Virus record (IMG/VR): IMGVR_UViG_3300032293_001706
Location: 64,001 to 128,000 of that record
DNA: 64,000 nucleotides
Direction: 5' to 3' (one strand)
Source: a virus
In this document: positions 47,028 through 56,696 of the stretch, piece by piece
Position numbering within the stretch: position 1 is the stretch's first letter
Layout of the letters: every line of letters begins with the position of its first letter
The notes under the pieces: model-generated
What the model was told of the DNA's origin: nothing
The model's input: the letters and a program-made list of their open reading frames with translations, nothing else
Databases searched by the model: none
Position numbers and translations under genes: made by a program

Positions 47028-48890
47028 ATGGACGCATCACAAAAGATACTGTCAGACTTAACCGTTTACATGAAATATGCAAAATTTGTTCCCGAACTAA
47101 ATAGAAGAGAAACTTGGGAAGAATTGGTTACAAGAAACATGGATATGCATATTAAAAAATATCCTAAACTTGAAAGTGAAATTAGAGAAGTATACAAATA
47201 TGTATATGATAAAAAAGTGTTACCCTCAATGAGGTCAATGCAGTTTGGAGGTAAACCGATTGAAATCAGTCCAAATAGGATGTTCAATTGTGCGTACCTA
47301 CCAATTGACCACTTGGATGCGTTTGCTGAATCAATGTTCCTATTACTTGGTGGAACAGGTGTGGGATATTCAGTTCAGAAACATCATGTCGATAAACTAC
47401 CTGAAATTAGAAAACCAAATCCAAATCGTTCAAGAAGATTTTTAGTAGGAGATTCAATTGAAGGATGGGCAGATGCCATCAAGGTGCTAATGAAATCATA
47501 TTTTGGTGAACATCTATCAACACCTGAATTTGATTATTCTGACATCAGACCAAAAGGGGCAAGACTGATTACATCAGGTGGTAAAGCACCTGGTCCACAA
47601 CCATTGAAAGATTGTATTCACCAATTAACAAAAATTTTGGATGCGAAAGAAGACGGTGAAAAACTAGCACCAATTGAAGTTCACGATATAATTTGTCATA
47701 TCGCTGACGCCGTGCTTAGCGGTGGAATCCGAAGAGCGGCACTGATTTCCTTATTTTCGGCTGACGACCATGAAATGATTGCAGCCAAGTCAGGTGCTTG
47801 GTGGGAACAAAACCCACAAAGAGGTAGGGCAAATAATTCTGCGGCACTTGTTAGACACAAAATAACCAAAGAAGTTTTCTTGGATTTGTGGAAAAGAGTT
47901 GAAGCTTCAGGTGCAGGAGAACCTGGGATTTATTTTACAAACGATAAAGATTGGGGTACTAATCCATGTTGTGAAATTGCTTTGAGACCAAATCAATTCT
48001 GTAATTTGTGTGAAGTAAACGTATCCGATATTGAATCACAAGAAGATTTAAACGCTCGTGTAAAGGCTGCATCATTTATTGGAACACTTCAGGCGGGATA
48101 TACCGATTTCCATTATTTGAGAGACGTTTGGAAACGTACCACAGAAAAAGAAGCGTTGATAGGGGTTTCAATGACAGGCATCGGTTCAGGAGTTGTGTTA
48201 GGTTATAATATGGTAGAAGCTGCTGAGGTTGTTAAAGAAGAAAATGCTCGAGTTGCGGAACTTATCGGAATTAATAAATCGGCAAGAACAACCACTGTTA
48301 AACCAGCTGGAACAACATCTTTAACACTTGGAACATCATCAGGTATTCACGCTTGGCATAATGATTACTATATCCGTAGAATTCGTGTAGGTAAGAACGA
48401 ATCAATTTATCAATACCTTTCAATTTATCATCCTGAATTGTTGGAAGATGAATATTTCCGTCCTCACGATACTGCGGTAATTTCTGTACCACAGAAAGCA
48501 CCTGAAGGGGCTATTTTAAGGACAGAATCACCATTCCAACTTTTGGATAGGGTTAAGAAAGTAACACAAGAATGGATTAGGCCCGGACATAGAAGTGGTT
48601 CAAATACACATAACGTTTCTGCAACAATCAGTTTGAAACCTGAAGATTGGGAAATGGCGGGTGAATGGTTTTGGGAGAACCGTGACTATTACAATGGTCT
48701 GTCTGTACTTCCATTTGATGGAGGGTCATACATTCAGGCACCTTTTACCGATTGTACTAAAGAAGAATATGATGCATTGTTTAGTAAACTACACACAATC
48801 GATTTATCAAAAGTTGTTGAGTTAACCGATGAAACAGATTTAAGTAATGAATTAGCGTGTAGCGGTCCTATGGGTTGTGAAATTAAATAA
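47028..48890 (+). CDS. nrdJ: Class II (adenosylcobalamin-dependent) ribonucleotide reductase
   Basis: PSMRSMQFGG, FNCAY, GTNPCCEI, FCNLCEV, TVKPAGT, C-terminal Cys pair ACSGPMGC; no small-subunit gene adjacent. Confidence 0.85.
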   Translation: MDASQKILSDLTVYMKYAKFVPELNRRETWEELVTRNMDMHIKKYPKLESEIREVYKYVYDKKVLPSMRSMQFGGKPIEISPNRMFNCAYLPIDHLDAFAESMFLLLGGTGVGYSVQKHHVDKLPEIRKPNPNRSRRFLVGDSIEGWADAIKVLMKSYFGEHLSTPEFDYSDIRPKGARLITSGGKAPGPQPLKDCIHQLTKILDAKEDGEKLAPIEVHDIICHIADAVLSGGIRRAALISLFSADDHEMIAAKSGAWWEQNPQRGRANNSAALVRHKITKEVFLDLWKRVEASGAGEPGIYFTNDKDWGTNPCCEIALRPNQFCNLCEVNVSDIESQEDLNARVKAASFIGTLQAGYTDFHYLRDVWKRTTEKEALIGVSMTGIGSGVVLGYNMVEAAEVVKEENARVAELIGINKSARTTTVKPAGTTSLTLGTSSGIHAWHNDYYIRRIRVGKNESIYQYLSIYHPELLEDEYFRPHDTAVISVPQKAPEGAILRTESPFQLLDRVKKVTQEWIRPGHRSGSNTHNVSATISLKPEDWEMAGEWFWENRDYYNGLSVLPFDGGSYIQAPFTDCTKEEYDALFSKLHTIDLSKVVELTDETDLSNELACSGPMGCEIK

Positions 48891-49092
48891 TAAAAACATA
48901 TCGCAACAAAATGATGAAGGGGGAGGTTATAAACTTTCCCCTTCTGATTTTTATATTGAAAACGGAAAATATGTTTTCACAAAAGAATTTCATTTAAAAA
49001 GAGGTTATTGTTGTGGTTCGGGATGCAAAAATTGTCCTTTCAATCCTCGTCACAAAAAAGGCAATACCAATATATTTATTGATAATGGCTAA
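48877..49092 (+). CDS. Small Cys-rich protein (DUF5522-like)
   Basis: FHLKRGYCCGSGCKNCPF; GTG start overlaps the end of nrdJ. Confidence 0.6.
   Translation: MKLNNKNISQQNDEGGGYKLSPSDFYIENGKYVFTKEFHLKRGYCCGSGCKNCPFNPRHKKGNTNIFIDNG
48916..48944 (+). terminator. Hairpin downstream of nrdJ, inside the small Cys-rich ORF
   Basis: GAAGGGGGAGGTT-ATA-AACTTTCCCCTTC, 13 bp with two G-U pairs, followed by TGATTTTT. Confidence 0.5.
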
Positions 49093-49555
49093 TGGTGTAA
49101 CATACGGTATAAATTTTCCCTTTGTGGATTCTTTGGTAGGTGATTATGTATCATTATCACAAAATCCTGACCAAGAACTTAGAAGTAATTTAATTCATCT
49201 TCTTTTAACAAGAAAAGGAAGTAGATATTATTTACCTGATTTTGGTAGTAGATTATATGAATTTATTTTTGAACCATTTGATGGGATAACTTTCGAGGCG
49301 GTTAAGGATGATATCAGAGATACCGTAGGAAAATACATACCAAATTTATTAATTGATGAAATCATTGTATTACCGTATAATGAATACGAATCAGAATATG
49401 GTAATACGGGGACAATAAATAATGAAAATTTAGGTAATGGTGTTTATAGAGTTGCGGGAAGAGGAACCACAGAATATACTGCGAAATTAAGAATTGACTA
49501 TACCATAACCGATAATACCTTTCAATCAAGAGATTTTATAATTATCAACATATAA
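49085..49555 (+). CDS. Baseplate wedge protein gp25 / GPW-like
   Basis: LLLTRKGSRYYLPDFGSRLYEFIFEP; probable start ATG 49085, 5 nt after TATTTAT. Confidence 0.85.
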   Translation: MANGVTYGINFPFVDSLVGDYVSLSQNPDQELRSNLIHLLLTRKGSRYYLPDFGSRLYEFIFEPFDGITFEAVKDDIRDTVGKYIPNLLIDEIIVLPYNEYESEYGNTGTINNENLGNGVYRVAGRGTTEYTAKLRIDYTITDNTFQSRDFIIINI

Positions 49556-49556
49556 T

Positions 49557-51374
49557 ATGGCAGAAAAGAAAATATCATATACCGTAAGAGATTTTGCGGC
49601 AATCAGACAAGAATTAATTGATTATACAAGGAAATATTATCCTGACCTTGTTGGAAACTTTAACGATGCATCGATATTTTCGGTATTAATGGATTTAAAT
49701 GCTGCTGTTACAGATAATTTACATTACCATATTGATAGAAGTATTCAAGAAACTGTGTTAGAATTTGCACAGCAAAGAAGTTCACTTTATAATATTGCAA
49801 GAACTTATGGTTTAAAAATACCAGGAAATAGACCATCAGTTGCGGTTTGTGATATAACAATAAATGTTCCTGTTAGTGGTGATAGACCAAACATTAATTA
49901 TATGGGAACAATTAAAGCTGGTTCACAATTTGTTGGTGCGGGACAAACATTTGAAAATTTAACGGATATCCAATTTTGGAGTCAATATAATTCATCAGGA
50001 CAACCAAACCAAAAAGTAATCCCTGTTTTGGATGGAAACAACAGAGTTATAAGTTATAACATTACAAAAAGAGAATTTTTGGTAAACGGGACAACCAAAG
50101 TATTTAAAAAAGTTATTACGCCTTCAGACGTTATTCCTTTCTTACAAGTGTTCCTACCTGAAAGGAATGTATTAAACGTAACATCAATTATTGAAAAAGA
50201 TGGAATAAATTATCAAAATATTCCACCATATTCTGATTTTATATCACCTACAGGAAGATGGTATGAAGTTCCTGCACTTGCAGAATCAAGGGTATTTGTT
50301 CCAAACGCTGGAAGAACTGCAAGTCAAGGAATTATACCTGGTGTTTATATTGATACCGACACAAGATTTATTACTGAATTTACACCTGAAAATTTTATGA
50401 AGATTACATTTGGTGGAGCAAATTCAACCGCAGACCAACAATTACAATCCTTTGTTCAAACAGGTATAACACCAAGATTGAATGATTATCAAAACAATAT
50501 TAATTTAGGTCTAATTCCAAGGGCTAATACAACTTTATTTATTCAATATAGAATAGGAGGGGGTTTGGAAAGTAATCTTGGGGTTAATGTTATAAATTCT
50601 GTGGGTAATTTAAATATGGTTTTTGATGGGGCAACAAACCCTTCAGAACAATCAAGAGTAATAAACTCTGTTCAAATAACAAACGTAACTGCCGCAGTTG
50701 GAGGTGCAAATCCACCTTCAATCGAAGAAGTAAGAAACTATGTAACATTTAACTTTGCATCACAAAATAGGGCGGTAACAATTGGTGACTATTATGCATT
50801 AATTAATAGAATGCCTGGAATATATGGTGTTCCTGCGAAAGTAAGTGTTATGGAAATGAATAATCAGATTTACATTGCTGTATTGAGTCAGGACAATTCA
50901 GGAAAGATGACACAACAAGTTCCACAAGTGTTGAAAGATAATATAAAAACTTATCTAAATGAATATAGAATGACAAACGATAGTTTGACAGTTCAAGTAG
51001 GAAAAGTAATTGATTTAAGATTTGAAATAAATGTGACATTGGAACAAGTAACAAATCAAAGTGCAATTATTGCCGACATTATAGATAATGTATCGACATA
51101 TTTATCACCTGTTTCAAGAGAAATGGGACAAAATGTCATAATCTCTGAAATAAGAAGGATAGTTCAAAACATTAAAGGTGTTGTGTCTGTTTCAGAAATT
51201 AAGGTGTTTAATATGGTTGGAGGACAATATTCATCTTCACAAACAGCACAAGTATACTCTAATCCGACAACAAAAGAAATAAAATTAATTGATGATACCA
51301 TTTTTGCACAACCTACAGAATTCTATCAAATAAGGTATGACAATAGGGATATCGGTATTAGAGTTAAAAAATAA
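49557..51374 (+). CDS. Baseplate wedge protein (gp6 / baseplate-J-like)
   Basis: RDFAAIRQEL...NFNDAS at the N-terminus; ASQNRAVTIGDY. Confidence 0.85.
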   Translation: MAEKKISYTVRDFAAIRQELIDYTRKYYPDLVGNFNDASIFSVLMDLNAAVTDNLHYHIDRSIQETVLEFAQQRSSLYNIARTYGLKIPGNRPSVAVCDITINVPVSGDRPNINYMGTIKAGSQFVGAGQTFENLTDIQFWSQYNSSGQPNQKVIPVLDGNNRVISYNITKREFLVNGTTKVFKKVITPSDVIPFLQVFLPERNVLNVTSIIEKDGINYQNIPPYSDFISPTGRWYEVPALAESRVFVPNAGRTASQGIIPGVYIDTDTRFITEFTPENFMKITFGGANSTADQQLQSFVQTGITPRLNDYQNNINLGLIPRANTTLFIQYRIGGGLESNLGVNVINSVGNLNMVFDGATNPSEQSRVINSVQITNVTAAVGGANPPSIEEVRNYVTFNFASQNRAVTIGDYYALINRMPGIYGVPAKVSVMEMNNQIYIAVLSQDNSGKMTQQVPQVLKDNIKTYLNEYRMTNDSLTVQVGKVIDLRFEINVTLEQVTNQSAIIADIIDNVSTYLSPVSREMGQNVIISEIRRIVQNIKGVVSVSEIKVFNMVGGQYSSSQTAQVYSNPTTKEIKLIDDTIFAQPTEFYQIRYDNRDIGIRVKK

Positions 51375-51440
51375 TATTCACAAGGATTTTTCTTAAACTA
51401 CTATTGAAAATAGATATTAAACTATTTATCAAAAAGTAGT

Positions 51441-54400
51441 ATGGCAAAATCTTATAGATTAAAAACATCATTAAATTCACAAGGATTAACAGACCAAACG
51501 TTAAGAGTTAAAATTGACCAAGATTTTGATTTCTTGGAGATTTTATCTTTGAAACTAACACAAACAGATGTATATAAAAGGTTCTGTTCTGATTATGGTG
51601 TTATTGCGGGAAGAGTAGTTGCAAACGGAGGATTTGGTATACCAAATGCTAAAGTTTCTGTGTTTATTCCTATTGATGATGTTGACTTAAACAATCCTGT
51701 TATATCAACATTATATCCTTATCAAGCTCCAACAGATAAAAATGAAGATGGGTATAGATATAATTTATTACCATATGAACCATCATATGAAGGACACGTA
51801 CCAACAGGAACTTTTCCATCAAAAAATGATGTCCTAACAAGAAAAGAAGTTCTTGAAATTTATGAAAAATATTATAAATACACCGTAAGAACAAATGAGT
51901 CGGGTGATTATATGATTGTTGGTGTTCCATTGGGGGACCAAAAAATAGTTCTTGATGTCGATTTATCAGATATGGGTTGTTTTTCTTTAAGACCAACCGA
52001 TTTAATAAGAATGAATCGTGGTAATAGACAACAGTTTGACGGTAATAATTTTAGAAGTTCTGAAGACCTTAATAGTCTACCACAAATTGTAAATGTGGTG
52101 AGAGCGGTAAATATTGGTTCATTTTGGGGTGAATCCGATGAATGTAATATAGGTATAACAAGAGTTGATTTTGATTTACGAGACCAAGGTATTAATATAG
52201 AACCGACAGCGGTTTTTATGGGTTCGATATTTTCATCAAATGATGAAGACTACTTAAAAAATAATTGTAAACCAAAAGCAGAACAAGGTGATTTATGTGG
52301 TTTAGTTACAGGACCAGGAACCTTATTAGCTGTTAGACAAAGTGTGAATTTGGACCAATTTGGTAGACCAATTCTTGAACAATATCCATTACCATCAGGT
52401 GGAAAAGTAATTGACGAAAATGGGGCATTTGTCCTTGATTTACCAATGAATTTGGATTATTTAATCACCGATGAATATGGAAATTTGGTTGTTTCACAGG
52501 ACCCAAAAGTAGGTATACCATCAAAGGCGAAATATAGATTTAAAGTAAAATATAATAGTAGTGTAAGAGACATTGCGACACTATCAAATCCAACACAAAT
52601 TATTAATCCTAATTTATTAAATTTGGGGGCGTTAGCACCTAGAGGTTCGGTATTAAGAGGTAATTATTTAATACCTAATATTAAAGAATACGGTTGGGTT
52701 AATGATGTTGACCCTGTAACAAAAGAAGGTGTAAAAAGAACAATAACATTAGAATTTTCAAGTAGTCAAATTGAAGAAATAAAAACATTTGTTACACCAT
52801 CAAATACCGCATATCGTGTTGATTATATATCAGGAGCAACAGGAGTACAATTTAGAGTTGATAATGTTTTAGATAACTCTAAATGGTTGGAAACTAAAAA
52901 TGGTGGAACAATAAGTATAACAACAATTAAAAAAACCAATATTGAAAACGTTGGTGGTGTTAATGTTGAAGTCCCTGAAAAAGTTAAATTGGTATTAAAT
53001 GAATACGATTATGATTATGTCCAATTTCAAAAATCATATTCATTCAGTTTAGATTGGGACGATTATCCAAATTATGAAGATGCTGTAAATTGTAATGATA
53101 CTTTTTATGAATTTAAATATAATAAAGTTTACACGGTTTCACAATTAATAGATGAATATAGGAAAGGAACAAATAGAGCAAGATTCCTTTCAATTAAAGA
53201 AGTCCTGCAAAGAAATTGTCAATCAGAAACAAATAAGTTCCCTGTTAATGACGGAGTTAGAAACTTTGATTTGTTATATTTTATTATTTCAACTCTTTTC
53301 AATATTTTAAGTATTACATTCACAGTTTTAATTCCTGTATATAGTTTAGTTAAATTTTTGTGGAATAGATTTGCGGTAATTCTTGCCGCTTTCTTTATTG
53401 CGTATACCGTATATAGGGTAGCATCTTCGGCAATTGTAATTGCTGGTTATATCAATGCTGGCGGACCTGTACTTGGAGGTATTCTTAGGGAGGCAGGGGA
53501 ATTATTACTTTGGGGAGGTTTAGGGGCCGTAATAACAACATTCTTTAAAAGAATTACAAAATTAAATTTACCACCTTTAAGACTACCAATGTTAACTTAT
53601 CCTGATTGTTCATCATGTGATTGTGGTGAATTTGATGTTTCTGAAGGGCCTGGAGACAATGAATTTAATACAAGTCCTTTGGCAGATATTAACATACCGT
53701 CAACGTTTAAGCCGTATCAAAACGACCCTGACGTTGTTCAAAACTTAATAAATCAAGGATATGGACAAGTAGTTGCAGGACGTGATGATAAAGATGACGA
53801 TAGTGATGTTAGTGAGGCGAGAACACCAAGATATAAATTGTTGGATAGTGAATATTGGAGCTCAACAGAAGTTAATCCTTTAAATTCAGGTACTTGTGGA
53901 GCAAGTGGTTTTAATAGTTTAACAATACCCGAAAGAATTAATTTATATAATACAAAAGGACATTATTTTAATACTCAACCTGGAGGAGGTTCAAATAGGA
54001 TTAAAGTTTATCCAAACTATACTATTAATAAGAGTACTGATGCATATTACGAGGACCAACCCTTGGTTGTCATTATGGACCCAAATTTTCTACTAAACTA
54101 TAGTGCAGGAACAATCTTATCATTTGCATCTGCGGGAAGTACAAAAGATAGTAATATTACAGGTACAACACAAAATAAAAATGGGTTAGGAAGTTATAAT
54201 GTTACGGGTACAACACCAAATAATGACTCAATCTCAATCACAGTAACATATGCAAATCCAAACAACGATAATTCAAGTATTACAAAAACATTTATTGTTA
54301 ATAATGGATATACAGGATTAACAACCTATAGTTATCCTGCAGATATTGAATACTATCAAGTTGTTACTGGCTATACTTTAAATGACTTAGATACTGTTGT

Positions 54401-56696
54401 TCAAAACAACACAAAAGATAATTCATTTTATGATAATAGTTTTTATAACAGAATTATTAGAGGACAAATGAATATTGGTTGGGGATTTAGAGATGAGGAT
54501 AATGATAGGTATATCGATTACAGTACTTGTGAAGGAATTAGTTATGTAATGGATAGAATACCTGATGATATTAGAAAAGAGTTATCGGTTGTTGTATTAA
54601 TGAAAGGTGTTGACCCGTATTCTACAAGACAAAAGACAAAAGTAGATGTATCAAGAATTTTTGGTTTACAAGAAGGTAGTTTAATGGCTGACTCAAGGTA
54701 CAAACTTAACATACCAATACAATCAGGTCTTAATCTTGATAACTACTCAAATTACACAACAAACCAAAATACAAACTTGTTTTATCCTTCTTATTATTTT
54801 ACACCATCTGTTCAAACAACAGAAAAAGAATGGAGATATTCATCATTTACAACAAACAATCATTTATTATACAGTTCTTTTGATACTTCTAACGTGGGTA
54901 ATAGTTCCACATCAAATAATATTGTAAATAATTCGTCCGATGGATACTTTAATAATGAATACATCCAAGGTGGAAGTTTGATGGTAAGAACAACCAAAAA
55001 ACAAACAATCCTACCAAAAAGAAACGGAAGCGGTGGAGTTGAAAGAGAAATTGGTAACTATCAATTTTATAGGAGCGTTTATAATTATACCGCAACAACA
55101 ATGTCATTAACATCCAATTTAAATATTGTGATGAGAAGTGATAGGTTACCTCGTTCAGACAATTTTGATAACAACTTTGTTTTGGCTCAAAATAAATCAT
55201 TTGCTATTTATGTTGTACCTGAAACAGGATTTGTTAATATACCAATAGGTTCAATATCTAATATTAATGATTTTAGTACCGATAATTCAATAGATTTTGA
55301 AGAAGCCTACGGGGAAGAAACAACAAGTGCGTTAAGTACGTTTAGCTGTAATAAGATGGTTCCAATCGGTGCTTATAAACAAAACGATAATGGAACTTTA
55401 GAATTATTACCAGAAACAGATGATGTTTATTGGATAACTGATAGTCGTAAAAACAAAAGAGTTGTTAATGGTTGTTATCAGTTCTGTGCAGAAGATTTAA
55501 CATTCGGTGCTGACTTAAAAAATCTTGCAGAATGGAAATCGAGGTTTTTACTTGGGTTTGCAATTTGTAGGAATGTCTTTGGATTAACATTTACAAACCA
55601 ATGGATAAATGGTTCACTATATATGCCAGGATTCCAAAATGATAAAATTTATTCAGGACCGTTAAATGTTTCAAACCCAACGTACAAATATTGTAAAGAT
55701 AAAATTGTTTTTAGAATTGAAAACAATAGTTTCTTTTATCGTTCATCACCATATAATTCCTCGATTGGTTTTGTTGGAATGCCGGCGGATACAAATGAAA
55801 GTGAAAAGGGGAACAAATATTATTTGGGTAATCCAACAACAGTTGTTGATTTAGGACCAAAAGATAATATTATAAAAAACATTTGTACTCAACCTGAATT
55901 TCAGGGGTATGTAGCAGGTAAATTACCAGCAACATCATATAACTCAGTTTCAGATTTATTACAATTGTTTACAATGAGTAGATTATCAAATTCATCTTGG
56001 TTGGGTAAACTTTTAGGTGTTGGAGGAAATGCTTCAGTACAAGGACTTTTCTCAAGAAGAGGTGATAAAATAGATGGTGATTTTGCTCAATTGATAAGTA
56101 TAAATTCAGAGTTTGGTGTTGTACCATTTACACCTGAAGGATATTCGAGCCAAAGTACATTTTTTAATGTTTCTAAAAAACCAATTGTTGGTGTTTTCTT
56201 CACAGGTGACACGGCAGATAGAGATTATGTATCACCAGGAAGAGAGATATTTATTGATACCACAACAAAGGTAGGTGTAAATAACTTTGGAAAAAAATCA
56301 CAAATTGTTCCAATGTATCAATGGAGTTTAGATTTAAGTCCACAGAAAGATTCTAAACCTTTATTATTTGGGTCTGACCAAAATGATTGGTTTACTGATA
56401 GGGAAAGCGGTAAGTTTTATGAGATAAAATATCAGGGTATTGATAGGTTAAATGGTAATACATATTTCGCAAGTCCAATATCAAAACCAACAACTCAAAG
56501 ACCTGGTTATATATATGCATCAAAACCATCAGTTGATTCAAATAATAATATAACAGGATTTACATATGATGGGTTTTATAATCCATCTGCTGATTCAACC
56601 TTCTTAGTTGGTGCTCCAAATCATTTTTATTTTGGTTTGAAAATAGGAAAAACCGCTCTCGATAAATTTATCCAAGATTATGCAATTGAAATATAA
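51441..56696 (+). CDS. Very large virion-associated protein with an internal hydrophobic segment
   Basis: N-terminal GVIAGRVVANGGFGIPNAKVSVF prealbumin-like pattern; hydrophobic stretch at about 53270-53550; in the baseplate operon. Confidence 0.55.
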   Translation: MAKSYRLKTSLNSQGLTDQTLRVKIDQDFDFLEILSLKLTQTDVYKRFCSDYGVIAGRVVANGGFGIPNAKVSVFIPIDDVDLNNPVISTLYPYQAPTDKNEDGYRYNLLPYEPSYEGHVPTGTFPSKNDVLTRKEVLEIYEKYYKYTVRTNESGDYMIVGVPLGDQKIVLDVDLSDMGCFSLRPTDLIRMNRGNRQQFDGNNFRSSEDLNSLPQIVNVVRAVNIGSFWGESDECNIGITRVDFDLRDQGINIEPTAVFMGSIFSSNDEDYLKNNCKPKAEQGDLCGLVTGPGTLLAVRQSVNLDQFGRPILEQYPLPSGGKVIDENGAFVLDLPMNLDYLITDEYGNLVVSQDPKVGIPSKAKYRFKVKYNSSVRDIATLSNPTQIINPNLLNLGALAPRGSVLRGNYLIPNIKEYGWVNDVDPVTKEGVKRTITLEFSSSQIEEIKTFVTPSNTAYRVDYISGATGVQFRVDNVLDNSKWLETKNGGTISITTIKKTNIENVGGVNVEVPEKVKLVLNEYDYDYVQFQKSYSFSLDWDDYPNYEDAVNCNDTFYEFKYNKVYTVSQLIDEYRKGTNRARFLSIKEVLQRNCQSETNKFPVNDGVRNFDLLYFIISTLFNILSITFTVLIPVYSLVKFLWNRFAVILAAFFIAYTVYRVASSAIVIAGYINAGGPVLGGILREAGELLLWGGLGAVITTFFKRITKLNLPPLRLPMLTYPDCSSCDCGEFDVSEGPGDNEFNTSPLADINIPSTFKPYQNDPDVVQNLINQGYGQVVAGRDDKDDDSDVSEARTPRYKLLDSEYWSSTEVNPLNSGTCGASGFNSLTIPERINLYNTKGHYFNTQPGGGSNRIKVYPNYTINKSTDAYYEDQPLVVIMDPNFLLNYSAGTILSFASAGSTKDSNITGTTQNKNGLGSYNVTGTTPNNDSISITVTYANPNNDNSSITKTFIVNNGYTGLTTYSYPADIEYYQVVTGYTLNDLDTVVQNNTKDNSFYDNSFYNRIIRGQMNIGWGFRDEDNDRYIDYSTCEGISYVMDRIPDDIRKELSVVVLMKGVDPYSTRQKTKVDVSRIFGLQEGSLMADSRYKLNIPIQSGLNLDNYSNYTTNQNTNLFYPSYYFTPSVQTTEKEWRYSSFTTNNHLLYSSFDTSNVGNSSTSNNIVNNSSDGYFNNEYIQGGSLMVRTTKKQTILPKRNGSGGVEREIGNYQFYRSVYNYTATTMSLTSNLNIVMRSDRLPRSDNFDNNFVLAQNKSFAIYVVPETGFVNIPIGSISNINDFSTDNSIDFEEAYGEETTSALSTFSCNKMVPIGAYKQNDNGTLELLPETDDVYWITDSRKNKRVVNGCYQFCAEDLTFGADLKNLAEWKSRFLLGFAICRNVFGLTFTNQWINGSLYMPGFQNDKIYSGPLNVSNPTYKYCKDKIVFRIENNSFFYRSSPYNSSIGFVGMPADTNESEKGNKYYLGNPTTVVDLGPKDNIIKNICTQPEFQGYVAGKLPATSYNSVSDLLQLFTMSRLSNSSWLGKLLGVGGNASVQGLFSRRGDKIDGDFAQLISINSEFGVVPFTPEGYSSQSTFFNVSKKPIVGVFFTGDTADRDYVSPGREIFIDTTTKVGVNNFGKKSQIVPMYQWSLDLSPQKDSKPLLFGSDQNDWFTDRESGKFYEIKYQGIDRLNGNTYFASPISKPTTQRPGYIYASKPSVDSNNNITGFTYDGFYNPSADSTFLVGAPNHFYFGLKIGKTALDKFIQDYAIEI

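Larger units (their letters stand above)
4955..51429. promoter_or_regulatory. Dispersed TATTTAT motif upstream of about 19 genes (putative late promoter)
   Basis: Plus strand at 4955, 7937, 10509, 19736, 21544, 24792, 25863, 27406, 29073, 40327, 43300, 45597, 49073, 51423. Minus strand (ATAAATA) at 7918, 15203, 16777, 19723, 21501, and also 691. Confidence 0.7.

Noticed and set aside
10995-48890. Inteins or introns in polB, recA, dnaB and nrdJ
   Set aside because: Lengths and motif spacing are continuous; no Hint or endonuclease blocks seen
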